From Selenomonadaceae bacterium (GTDB lineage Bacteria; Bacillota; Negativicutes; Selenomonadales; Selenomonadaceae), in contig JAFUTY010000013.1 in the NCBI GenBank assembly GCA_017484005.1, forward strand, positions 3,454 through 67,453: DNA of 64,000 bases. Direction: 5' to 3'. Within the stretch, counting starts at the first letter, position 1, and every line of letters begins with the position of its first letter. Shown in pieces: positions 28,410 through 37,240 of this stretch. Below the pieces are notes generated by a model, which saw nothing but the letters and a program-made list of their open reading frames with translations, did no database searches and was not told where the DNA came from. The position numbers were made by a program, and so were the translations under genes.

Positions 28410-29486
28410 ATGAAAAAGCTACTATCAATCCTCGCGCTGATGATCTGTACTTCGATCATTTTTACAGGCTGTCTCGGCGATGAAGATACAAATTCTCGAA
28501 AGAAAGTCGCGATCACTTTTTCACATTCCTCCGCAATTTGGGATGTCTATGGAGATTCACTGCAAAAAGAGCTCGAGCAAAATGGATTCGATGTCGATTT
28601 TCAATTCACGAATTCAGTTGACGAGCAAATCATGCAAATCGGAAAGATGATCGAGTCGAATCCTGCATGTCTAGTAGTTGGCGCAGTTGATCGAACTCGT
28701 CTCGCGAATATTTTGGAGCAGGCGAAGGAGAAAAATGTTCCAGTCATTGCATACGATAGATTGATTCTCGATTCCGACGCGATTTCATATTACGTCTCAT
28801 TCGATGCGCAGGCAGTCGGTGCAGCGATGGGAGAATATATCGAATATGCATTGCAGCTCAAAGGACCAATGCAATTGACTCACGTCACAGAATCTCTCGC
28901 GCCGCCAAATTTTCCAACGAGCGCACCATATTATATTGAAGTTTTTGCAGGCGATCCCAATGACAAAAATGCTCGGCTGTATTTCGATGGAGCGATGCAA
29001 GTTCTTCAGCCGTATTTCAACAATGGAACATTTGTCTGCCGCTCTGGAGAATTGACTTTTGATAAAGTTTGCGAGGCGAATTGGGATCCCAAGGAAGGCG
29101 AGCGGAGAATGCGTCGATTGATGCAGACGTTTTATTCTCACGGCGAATCGCTCAACATCGTGCTTTGTCCGAATGACGATGCGGCGGAATTCGTTCGAAA
29201 TCTGTTGAAAGAGTATAATTATTCCGGCGCGTATCCAATAATCACTGGTCAAGACGCTGAACAAAAAGCTCTTCAAGCGATTCGAGAAGGCACTCAATCA
29301 ATGACAATTTACAAGCCAGCTGATGAACTCGCCGCGAAAACTGTTCGAATGATTAAAGCGGTTGTAGAAGGAACTCAACCGGAAATCAATGATCCAAAAT
29401 CGAATAACAACGGAAAAATCACTGTGCCCTCCTATCTTTGCCTTCCGATTATCATTGATAAAAACAATCTTGACATCGTGAAATAA
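28410..29486 (+). CDS. Periplasmic sugar-binding lipoprotein (ABC substrate-binding family, ChvE/XylF-like), orphan
   Basis: Lipobox IIFTG/C after MKKLLSILALMICTS. Periplasmic-binding-protein type I pattern (VPVIAYDRLI, ITGQDAE). AGGAGG RBS before the ATG at 28410. No permease or ATPase genes are adjacent. Confidence 0.75.
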   Translation: MKKLLSILALMICTSIIFTGCLGDEDTNSRKKVAITFSHSSAIWDVYGDSLQKELEQNGFDVDFQFTNSVDEQIMQIGKMIESNPACLVVGAVDRTRLANILEQAKEKNVPVIAYDRLILDSDAISYYVSFDAQAVGAAMGEYIEYALQLKGPMQLTHVTESLAPPNFPTSAPYYIEVFAGDPNDKNARLYFDGAMQVLQPYFNNGTFVCRSGELTFDKVCEANWDPKEGERRMRRLMQTFYSHGESLNIVLCPNDDAAEFVRNLLKEYNYSGAYPIITGQDAEQKALQAIREGTQSMTIYKPADELAAKTVRMIKAVVEGTQPEINDPKSNNNGKITVPSYLCLPIIIDKNNLDIVK

Positions 29487-29506
29487 TCTGAGGTGAAATT
29501 TTTCAA

Positions 29507-30160
29507 ATGATCGTCTATCAAACTCTCTCTGGCGGGCGATATGTTCCGTTTGATTCGTCGAATGGAAATCGTCCGTTGTATGTGAATCTGACGAATCGCT
29601 GCGATTGCGATTGTGTTTTCTGTCTTCGAAATAAAAAAGATGAATCGTCGATGTCTCTGGAAAATTCTCTGTGGATCGATCGCGAGCCGTCAGTTTCGGA
29701 AGTTGAATCTGAGCTTGAAAAAATTCCATGGCAATTTGTGACGGAATTAGTTTTCTGTGGATTTGGTGAGCCAACTCAAAGACTCGATGAATTGGTCGCG
29801 CTGTTGAAATTTTCGAAGTCAAAGCATCCCGAGACTCCAACTCGATTAAACACGAATGGATTGGCTGAATTATCGCATGGATCTGAAATCGCAAATCGAT
29901 TCAAAAAAATTCTCGATACAATTTCAATTTCACTCAACGCGTCGAATTCACAAAAATATTTGAAACTGACTCGCGCGAAATATGGAATCAAATCTTACGC
30001 GGCGATGTTAGATTTCGCCGAACATGCCAAGAGATTCGTCCCGAATGTAGTTTTGACAATCGTTGACAAAGTGAATCCGCCTGAGGAGATCGAGGCTTGT
30101 CGGAAAATCTGCGACGCTCGAAATCTCACGCTCCGAGTCAGGACATATGAAGATCATTGA
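29507..30160 (+). CDS. Small radical SAM protein
   Basis: 217 aa. NLTNRCDCDCVFC contains CX3CX2C. GFGEPT glycine-rich SAM motif. Confidence 0.7.
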   Translation: MIVYQTLSGGRYVPFDSSNGNRPLYVNLTNRCDCDCVFCLRNKKDESSMSLENSLWIDREPSVSEVESELEKIPWQFVTELVFCGFGEPTQRLDELVALLKFSKSKHPETPTRLNTNGLAELSHGSEIANRFKKILDTISISLNASNSQKYLKLTRAKYGIKSYAAMLDFAEHAKRFVPNVVLTIVDKVNPPEEIEACRKICDARNLTLRVRTYEDH

Positions 30161-30785
30161 TTGGATTCTGGATTTTCTTTTTCCAACTCGATGCCCGCGG
30201 TGTCATGAATTCGTTTCGAAGTCTAAAATGTGGCATGAAAAATGTCTGCTCGAGACGATTTTGATTCATTCGACGAAAATCGAATCGAGTCTCGCGATTT
30301 CAAAATATCGAGGTGGGACTCGAGAATTGATCACCGATTTAAAATTCAATGGAAGAAAATCGAGAGTCAAAGTTATCGAAATACTCCTCGAGCGAGCGTT
30401 TGAATCGAGTAACATTCTTCAAAAATTCATTTCAAAACCGAATTTGATCGCTGTGCCAGTTCCAATTCATCCCGAACGCGAAAAACTCCGTGGATTCAAC
30501 CAGGCTGATTTGATTTTTCGAAACTGGCTGAAACTCCACGGAGTCGAGATGCAATGTTTATTGAAGCGAGTTGTTGAGACTGCACCATCATTCAAATTGA
30601 ATGCTGAAGAGCGCATGAAAAATATTTCTGGAGCATTTGAACTCGATGGCGATGTGAATGGAAAATCGATTTTGCTTGTCGATGATATTTTGACGACAGG
30701 GACGACAGTCATGGAATGCTCGCGAATTTTGAAACTTGGAGGAGCTAAATCGATTCGAATTTTGGTTTTGGCGTCAGATTATTGA
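30147..30785 (+). CDS. ComF-family phosphoribosyltransferase-fold protein (ComFC-like)
   Basis: N-terminal zinc-finger-like FPTRCPRC...C. C-terminal PRTase motif ILLVDDILTTGTT. Overlaps the upstream radical SAM gene by 14 nt. Confidence 0.7.
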   Translation: MKIIDWILDFLFPTRCPRCHEFVSKSKMWHEKCLLETILIHSTKIESSLAISKYRGGTRELITDLKFNGRKSRVKVIEILLERAFESSNILQKFISKPNLIAVPVPIHPEREKLRGFNQADLIFRNWLKLHGVEMQCLLKRVVETAPSFKLNAEERMKNISGAFELDGDVNGKSILLVDDILTTGTTVMECSRILKLGGAKSIRILVLASDY

Positions 30786-30796
30786 GGAGGAATCCA

Positions 30797-31561
30797 GTGA
30801 AAAAATCTCTCGATGAATTTTTAATCGGCTTGCAATTTCTCACGCGAATTTCAATCGTCAAGCAAACAGTTTGGACTGAAGAAAATTTCGGTGGGAGTGT
30901 CAAATTTTTTCCAATGATAGGGGCGGTGCTCGGAATCATTTCATCGAGCATTGCCCTAATTTTTTTATCTCTCGAAATTCCACAAAATCTCAGCGCGGCA
31001 ATTTTATCAATTCTGCTGATCATTTTGACGGGCGGGATTCATGCCGATGGATTTATGGATACTTGCGATGGAATTCTCTCCGGTCGCGAAAAAGATCGAG
31101 CTCTCGAGATAATGAAAGATTCGCGAGCTGGCTCGATGGCTGTCGCGAGTTTTGTTTGTATATCGATTCTCAATTTCGCAATAACTCTCGATCTTCAATC
31201 TCACGCACACATGTTAATTGTAGCTTTTTTTTCAACACCGATAATTTCTCGCGCGATGATGGTTGCAACAATTGGATTTTTTCCATATGCAAGACCTAGC
31301 GGCATGGGATTTGCATTTGCGAAATATACAACTCGAAAGACAATCGCGCTCGCAATTTTTCAAATGATCGCTCTAACAATTCCAGTCGCAATTTTTTTTC
31401 CAAGAGGACTTCTAATCGCGATAATTTTTTCAGCGATTTTCACATGGCGATTTGGAATTTATTCGACTCAAAAACTTGGTGGCGTGACTGGTGATGTTTA
31501 TGGATTCGTGACAGTGATAGTTGAATCGATTTGTCTCGCAAGTTTTTTGATTGGAGGATGA
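30797..31561 (+). CDS. cobS: Adenosylcobinamide-GDP ribazoletransferase (cobalamin synthase) CobS
   Basis: LQFLTRISI N-terminus and GGIHADGFMDTCDG signature. Polytopic. GTG start at 30797 after GGAGGA (the ORF track starts at 30782). Confidence 0.88.
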   Translation: MKKSLDEFLIGLQFLTRISIVKQTVWTEENFGGSVKFFPMIGAVLGIISSSIALIFLSLEIPQNLSAAILSILLIILTGGIHADGFMDTCDGILSGREKDRALEIMKDSRAGSMAVASFVCISILNFAITLDLQSHAHMLIVAFFSTPIISRAMMVATIGFFPYARPSGMGFAFAKYTTRKTIALAIFQMIALTIPVAIFFPRGLLIAIIFSAIFTWRFGIYSTQKLGGVTGDVYGFVTVIVESICLASFLIGG

Positions 31562-31562
31562 A

Positions 31563-32654
31563 ATGGAAAAATTTGAACATGGCGGGAATGTTTATGATCT
31601 TCCGCAAAAAGATCTCCTCGATTTCTCGGCGAATATCAATCCACTCGGAATTTCTGAAAAAGTGAAATCTGAAATTTTTGAGCAAATCGAGAATCTGATT
31701 CATTATCCCGATCCGCAAATGACAGATCTCAAGCGAGCGATTTCGAATCGATACAAGATTTCTGAGGATCGAATTTCATGTTACAACGGCGCGACAGAAT
31801 TTTTTTATCTCGCAATGCAAATTCTGAAACCGAATCGAGTGTTGATTCTCGATCCGAGTTTTTCAGAATATGAGCGATCTGCAATTGCATCGGGCGCAAA
31901 AATCGAGCGATTGAGTTTCAGCGCACCGATTCAAATTCTCACGCAAAAAATTCGAATGCTCGACGAATCTGATACAATCATAATTGGAAATCCAAATAAT
32001 CCAACAGGAACATTTCCGCCGCTTGAAAAAATCATCGAGGCGGCTCGAAAAATTCATGCGTGGATAATTGTCGATGAATCATTTCTCGATTTTCGTCGCG
32101 ACTCGGAAGATTTAACAGCGCGTCGATTCGATTATGATCGATTAGCAATTGTCATATCGCTCACGAAATTTTATGCAATTCCAGGACTTCGAATCGGATT
32201 CGCGATAACAAATCCAGAATTTCGAAATCGATTGGAAAGTTCAAAAGATGTTTGGAATGTGAATTTATTGGCGCAGCGAGCATCGATAATCGCGTTGCAG
32301 GATGAGGATTATCGCTTGAAGTCAATCAAGCTAATCGAAGAGGAACGAGAATTTGTCGAAATGCGGCTCGGAATGATTCAAGGTATCGAAAAAGTTTTCA
32401 AGCCGTCAGTGAATTTCATTTTATTTCGACTGAATCGATCTGCAAAAAATCTCCTCGAGAATTTGAGATCGAAAAATATTTTATTGAGATCGTGCGAGAA
32501 TTTCCCGACGCTTGACGATCGATTTGTGCGAATGGCGATTCGATCTCACGATGAAAATCTGATTGTGATTGAATCGATCGAGAATTTTTTGGAGGACGAG
32601 GATATTGAATCGGTCGAGGATTTTTGGAGTGAAAAGTTGAATGGAGGATTTTGA
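31563..32654 (+). CDS. cobD: Threonine-phosphate decarboxylase CobD (class I/II aminotransferase fold)
   Basis: N-terminal EHGGNVYD hallmark. PLP lysine region SLTKFYAIPGLRIGF. ATG at 31563 after GGAGGA. Confidence 0.8.
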   Translation: MEKFEHGGNVYDLPQKDLLDFSANINPLGISEKVKSEIFEQIENLIHYPDPQMTDLKRAISNRYKISEDRISCYNGATEFFYLAMQILKPNRVLILDPSFSEYERSAIASGAKIERLSFSAPIQILTQKIRMLDESDTIIIGNPNNPTGTFPPLEKIIEAARKIHAWIIVDESFLDFRRDSEDLTARRFDYDRLAIVISLTKFYAIPGLRIGFAITNPEFRNRLESSKDVWNVNLLAQRASIIALQDEDYRLKSIKLIEEEREFVEMRLGMIQGIEKVFKPSVNFILFRLNRSAKNLLENLRSKNILLRSCENFPTLDDRFVRMAIRSHDENLIVIESIENFLEDEDIESVEDFWSEKLNGGF

Positions 32655-33296
32655 ATGACGCGGCTGATTTTGATTCGGCATGGGCAGACGGAATGGAATA
32701 TAATCGGAAAATTTCAGGGGCAAAGCGATACTGAATTATCATCGGAGGGAATTCGACAGGCTGAATTGCTGGCGGAGCATTTCGAGGAATTTTATGCAAA
32801 TCACATCGACGCGATATATTCGAGCGATTTAAAACGTGCGCGAGATACTGCCGAGACTCTCGGGCGGAAATATTCAATGGAAGTTCAACTCGATTCGAGA
32901 CTTCGCGAAGTTCATTTTGGAAAGTGGGAAGGAGAATCGATTTCCGAGATAAAAAAATCTGATCCAAAAAATTTTTCGAGATTATTCACATCGCCAGATC
33001 TTTTAAAAATCGATGGAGGCGAGACATTCGAGCAAGTTCAAATTCGCGCAATGGAATCGATTCGCGAGATAATCGATAAAAATTCGAATCGAACTGTAGT
33101 TGTCGCGGCGCATGGAGCAATTCTTCGAACGATAATCGGCGCGATGCTCGATGTGCCGCTGCGATGCATTTGGAAAATTCGGCAGGATAATACAGCTGTA
33201 AATCTCGCGCGAGTCGATGATGGAAATTTCATGCTTGCGTTGATAAATGGAACGGCGCATTTAAAATCGAGCGCATTTAGCTTCGATACGTTGTGA
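32655..33296 (+). CDS. cobC: Alpha-ribazole phosphatase CobC (histidine phosphatase family)
   Basis: LIRHGQTEWN catalytic RHG motif and the later AHGAILR motif. The ATG abuts the cobD stop. Confidence 0.8.
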   Translation: MTRLILIRHGQTEWNIIGKFQGQSDTELSSEGIRQAELLAEHFEEFYANHIDAIYSSDLKRARDTAETLGRKYSMEVQLDSRLREVHFGKWEGESISEIKKSDPKNFSRLFTSPDLLKIDGGETFEQVQIRAMESIREIIDKNSNRTVVVAAHGAILRTIIGAMLDVPLRCIWKIRQDNTAVNLARVDDGNFMLALINGTAHLKSSAFSFDTL

Positions 33297-33590
33297 CACT
33301 CCTGACAAAATTGTAAGGATTCTTGAGAAGTTTGCCTAAGCCTTATTCTCAAAGGCATTGCCACTGTGCCTCTACTCTGTCGGATCTTTCAATCCTTCAG
33401 CATACTTTTATGTGCAAGTTAGCACTACATTTTTGTTAAAGCAGAAGTCTAACTGCTAACTTGAACGCTTAAGATTTTACGACGGAAACGATTTGTCCCG
33501 TCAACCGTTTATCTTAACTTTTCAAGGTGCATATATTTTTTAGCATAGAAATCTGAAAAGCGTTTACATATTTATGGAGCAATCTAAAGG

Positions 33591-33619
33591 TTTAATACTG
33601 CTTTTCGATAAGCTATAAT
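33591..33619 (+). promoter_or_regulatory. Candidate sigma70-type promoter for hypCDE
   Basis: Perfect -10 TATAAT at 33614-33619. Weak -35 TTTAAT at 33591-33596 with a 17 nt spacer. Lies about 32 nt upstream of the hypC start. Confidence 0.35.
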
Positions 33620-33650
33620 CTCGGAATCAAAATTGAAGGGAAGGATCAAT

Positions 33651-33884
33651 TTGTGTCTTGCATTCCCCGGAAAAATTGTTTCGATTGAAAATTCTCTGGC
33701 AAAAGTTGAAATCTCTGGAGTGACTCGCGATGTGAGTCTGATGCTTTTACCGGATGCAAAAATCGGCGATTATGTTTTAGTTCATGCAGGATTCGCAATG
33801 CAGATTGTCGAGCGGCAGGATGTCGATGAAATGATTGCACTTCGAGCTGAAATGCATGGTGCGCCTCGAACGGTGAATCTATGA
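33651..33884 (+). CDS. hypC: Hydrogenase maturation chaperone HypC
   Basis: With a TTG start at 33651 the protein begins (M)CLAFPGKIV, the canonical HypC N-terminus with the essential Cys2. GAAGGGAAGGA RBS upstream. The ORF-track start at 33633 adds 6 atypical residues. Confidence 0.85.
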   Translation: MCLAFPGKIVSIENSLAKVEISGVTRDVSLMLLPDAKIGDYVLVHAGFAMQIVERQDVDEMIALRAEMHGAPRTVNL

Positions 33885-34936
33885 GCGCGGAAGAATTTTT
33901 GAAATCGATTCGAGATTCCGCATCGAAAATCTCTCGAAAAATTCGATTAATGGAAGTCTGTGGAACTCATACAGTATCGATTTTTCGCGCAGGAATTCGC
34001 CAACTTCTTCCAAAAAATATTGAACTTGTATCTGGACCAGGATGTCCAGTTTGCGTGACGAGTGATGATTTTCTCGACAAGGCGATCGAGTATTCCAAAA
34101 ATCCCAACATTATAATTGCGACGTTTGGAGATATGTTGCGAGTTCCAGGATCGAAATCGACTCTTCGAGAATCGACTGGAGACATTCGCGCAATATATTC
34201 TCCGCTCGATTCAATTCGAATTGCGCAGGAAAATCCCTCGAAAACAGTAATTTTTCTAGCTGTGGGATTCGAGACAACTGCTCCAACTGCTGCCGCGACG
34301 ATTCTCGAGGCAAATCGATTGAAACTCGAAAATTTGAAATTTCTATCGGCTCAAAAATTAGTTCCGCCCGCGTTGAAAATTCTGTTATCAGATCCCGCGG
34401 CGCAAATCGATGGATTGCTGCTCCCTGGACATGTTGCAGTTGTCACAGGAGTCAAGGCGTTCGAATTTTTACAGATTCCGAGCGTTGTTGCAGGATTCAA
34501 GCCGGATGAAATTTTGCGAGCGATTGATTGGCTGTTATCTCGAATCGCTGAAAATCGATCGGAAGTCGGAAATTGCTATGAATCAGTCGTTCATCGCGAT
34601 GGAAATCCTCAAGCTCAAAAAATTCTCGATTCAGTTTACGAAGTTGCAGATTCGAATTGGCGCGGCTTGGGATTGATTCCAAAATCTGGATTGAAAATTC
34701 GACAGGAATTCGAGCGATTCGACGTCGAAAAGATCATTCCGATTCAAATTCCAGAATCTCGCCCAAATCCAAATTGTCGATGCGGCGAAGTGTTAAGAGG
34801 ATCAATCATTCCGACTGACTGCAAACTCTTTGGAAAGATTTGCAAACCGGAGCATGCGACTGGACCATGCATGGCGAGCGTCGAAGGAACATGTTCAGCG
34901 TGGTTTCGATATGGAGGAAGTCATTTTGAATTCTGA
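33881..34936 (+). CDS. hypD: Hydrogenase maturation protein HypD
   Basis: EVCGTHT and GPGCPVCVT signatures. ATGA overlap with hypC. Confidence 0.93.
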   Translation: MSAEEFLKSIRDSASKISRKIRLMEVCGTHTVSIFRAGIRQLLPKNIELVSGPGCPVCVTSDDFLDKAIEYSKNPNIIIATFGDMLRVPGSKSTLRESTGDIRAIYSPLDSIRIAQENPSKTVIFLAVGFETTAPTAAATILEANRLKLENLKFLSAQKLVPPALKILLSDPAAQIDGLLLPGHVAVVTGVKAFEFLQIPSVVAGFKPDEILRAIDWLLSRIAENRSEVGNCYESVVHRDGNPQAQKILDSVYEVADSNWRGLGLIPKSGLKIRQEFERFDVEKIIPIQIPESRPNPNCRCGEVLRGSIIPTDCKLFGKICKPEHATGPCMASVEGTCSAWFRYGGSHFEF

Positions 34937-35927
34937 AACTATAACAATGGCGCATGGATCTGGAGGATTGGCGAGTCAAAATTTATTGCGTGAATTGATT
35001 CTGCCAAATTTTTCGAATCCAGCACTCGATGAATTGAATGATGGCGCGATTCTCAATGTAAAATCCAAAATCGCAGTTTCAACCGATTCATTTATCATTC
35101 GCCCGATTTTTTTTCCAGGCGGAAATATTGGAAAGCTGTCGATTTGCGGAACTGTCAACGATCTTGCAGTTTCCGGCGCGATTCCAAAATATCTCACGGC
35201 GTCAGTGATTTTGGAGGAAGGATTTCCGATTGACGATTTAAAAACGATTGTCGCATCGATGTCGAAAGTCGCTCGCGAAGTTGGAATTCAAATCGTGACT
35301 GGAGATACAAAAGTCGTTGAGAGAGGATCTGCTGATGGAATTTTTATCAATACGACAGGAATCGGCGAAGTTATCGATGGAGTCAATCTGTCTCCTCGAA
35401 ATGTTCAAGCCGGAATGAAAATTCTAGTCTCGGGATTTTTGGGAGATCATTCCGCGGCGATTTTGTCTAGCCGTCATGGATTGGAGACGAATCTTGAATC
35501 TGACTGCGCACCGCTTTCAAAATTGACTCAAGAAATGCTCGCGACGGAAAAAAATATAGCCGCCATGCGAGATATCACTCGAGGCGGGCTGGCTGAAGTG
35601 TTGAATGAAATCGCGACGGAATCTAATGTAGGAATTTTGATTGACGAGGAGAAAATTCCGATTCGCGACGAAGTTCGAGGAGTTTGCGAGATTCTCGGTT
35701 TTGATCCATTGAATCTTGCGAATGAGGGAAAATTGATCGCGTTTGTTCCCTCTGAATCCGCTGAAAAAATTCTCGATACAATGCGAAAAAATCCATTCGG
35801 AAAAAATGCATGCGAAATCGGTGAAGTCGTCACAAATTCTCGAGGGCGAGTCGGAATGAAAACTTCGATCGGCTCGATTCGCGTCGTGGATTTTCCACCT
35901 GGCGAGCTTGTGCCGAGAATCTGTTAA
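34911..35927 (+). CDS. hypE: Hydrogenase maturation protein HypE
   Basis: ITMAHGSGG N-terminal motif, AIR-synthase-like fold, canonical C-terminus ...PRIC. The start is uncertain: ATG at 34911, or TTG at 34926 after GGAGGAA. The ORF-track start at 34830 is unlikely. Confidence 0.92.
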   Translation: MEEVILNSETITMAHGSGGLASQNLLRELILPNFSNPALDELNDGAILNVKSKIAVSTDSFIIRPIFFPGGNIGKLSICGTVNDLAVSGAIPKYLTASVILEEGFPIDDLKTIVASMSKVAREVGIQIVTGDTKVVERGSADGIFINTTGIGEVIDGVNLSPRNVQAGMKILVSGFLGDHSAAILSSRHGLETNLESDCAPLSKLTQEMLATEKNIAAMRDITRGGLAEVLNEIATESNVGILIDEEKIPIRDEVRGVCEILGFDPLNLANEGKLIAFVPSESAEKILDTMRKNPFGKNACEIGEVVTNSRGRVGMKTSIGSIRVVDFPPGELVPRIC

Positions 35928-35938
35928 GGAGGAGCATT

Positions 35939-37231
35939 TTGAAATTTCTATCGATCGTCGCGATGATGTTCGTGACGTTTTTTTTTGCGGGCTGCAGCGA
36001 TGATCTCAATTCAACTGCGCTCGAAAATTTGCCGATAATTGAATCGCCGAATCAAAATCGTGATGAAAAAATTCCTGTCGATGTGTTATGGGATGCGACA
36101 ATCTCGATGCAGGGATTCACGACAATCGCGCCGATGAATGTCTATCGAACGTTGCCAGATGAAATTGAAAACATCTGCGCATCGATTGGCGACGTCAATT
36201 TTTATCGATTCGGTTCAGACGCAATGAAAATCGATCGCGCCGGCTATCGAAAATTCACTGAGCCGGAAACTTATACTGAACTCGTGACATCGATGGCGAA
36301 TGCAGTTGAAATCTCAAATCCTGAGCATTTATCGATTGTTGTCACGGATCTTTTCGAATCTGAATCTGATTGGAGTTTAGTCACGCAACGGCTCAAGGAC
36401 AAATTTTTTACTAAACATCTTTCGACGGCGATAATTGGAATTCGAAATCCATTCGATGGAAAAATTTTCGATGTTGGATTGAAAGCGCAGAGTTTTTCAT
36501 ATGCAACCGGCGGAGATCAAAATCGATTCCGTCCATTCTATCTGTTCGTGTTAGGTCGAGAAGATGTCGTGAAAGATTTTGTGAATCGATTTGAGAAATT
36601 TCGACGTCAGCAAGTGATTCAAAATGAAATTGAGTATGTGATTTTCACCGAGCATTTGACAGATCGCGCGGAAACATTCGCAACGCTCCCGATTATTGAT
36701 TCGCAAAATCTGTTTGAAAGCGTGGAGCTGGAGGATAATCGCGTGCGAGAATTTGGAATCGATTCGCCGACAGATCCCGCGTCAGTGACTTTCAATTTCA
36801 AATACAAACCGACGCTCGGAGCATGTTCAATCGATCGCAATTCACTGCAAACTCAGATCGATTTCTTCACGCTCGATTCTGAATCTGATTCGTGGATTGA
36901 AACTCGAAATGCTCGCGCCGATGGAAAATTTTCATTGGAGCGGGATGAAGAATCGGAAAGTTATCTGTTGAAATTCGAATTCACTCCGGAGCGGAATTTG
37001 CAAATCGATCGGTGGAATTTTTTGCATGCATCGCTCAAACCTCCAGCATCTAGTTTCGAATTGCCGGAATGGATTTCGCAATGGAACATGGGCAACATCG
37101 ATGTAAATCCCGCGGCATTCGATGGAACAAAGACGACAAATCTATTACACATCGCGCAATCATTACTCGACGCGCAATTTGAATCGTCACAGCCCTCGCT
37201 CGTTGATTTATATTTTTTGATCGAGAATTGA
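35939..37231 (+). CDS. Hypothetical lipoprotein, possibly vWA/MIDAS-like
   Basis: TTG start after AAGGAGGAG. Lipobox FFFAG/C. DATISMQG, TELVTSMANA and VVTDLFES loosely resemble the DxSxS...T...D MIDAS arrangement (weak). Confidence 0.6.
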   Translation: MKFLSIVAMMFVTFFFAGCSDDLNSTALENLPIIESPNQNRDEKIPVDVLWDATISMQGFTTIAPMNVYRTLPDEIENICASIGDVNFYRFGSDAMKIDRAGYRKFTEPETYTELVTSMANAVEISNPEHLSIVVTDLFESESDWSLVTQRLKDKFFTKHLSTAIIGIRNPFDGKIFDVGLKAQSFSYATGGDQNRFRPFYLFVLGREDVVKDFVNRFEKFRRQQVIQNEIEYVIFTEHLTDRAETFATLPIIDSQNLFESVELEDNRVREFGIDSPTDPASVTFNFKYKPTLGACSIDRNSLQTQIDFFTLDSESDSWIETRNARADGKFSLERDEESESYLLKFEFTPERNLQIDRWNFLHASLKPPASSFELPEWISQWNMGNIDVNPAAFDGTKTTNLLHIAQSLLDAQFESSQPSLVDLYFLIEN

Positions 37232-37240
37232 GGTTAGAAA

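Noticed and set aside
28797-29894. Two sizeable minus-strand ORFs (166 aa and 198 aa) antisense to the sugar-binding protein and the radical SAM gene.
   Set aside because: They have no motifs and an odd composition rich in R, S, F and H. They fully overlap plus-strand genes that have strong family signatures and RBSs. Similar shadow ORFs were rejected at 38397-39068, 32416-32967, 12638-13273, 13343-14062, 2741-3175, 848-1204 and 45089-45475.
33354-33371. A GCCACTG string (cobalamin riboswitch B12-box-like core) right after the cob genes.
   Set aside because: The other conserved cobalamin-riboswitch elements (GGGAA, the GGUG..AAUCC region, the CCCGC..CUG core) are not present on either strand. 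The position is also 3' of the cob operon and 5' of hyp genes, which are not B12-related. The region is kept only as a generic structured spacer.
33651-35927. hypCDE without hypA/B/F or hydrogenase structural genes as an anomaly.
   Set aside because: Split hyp gene sets are common, and the missing genes may lie outside the window. This is not informative from the window alone.
35968-35976. T9 tract within the lipoprotein signal-peptide coding region as a second phase-variation site.
   Set aside because: The gene is in frame across the tract (TFFFA). A/T runs of this length are frequent in this AT-rich sequence. There is no evidence of a switch.
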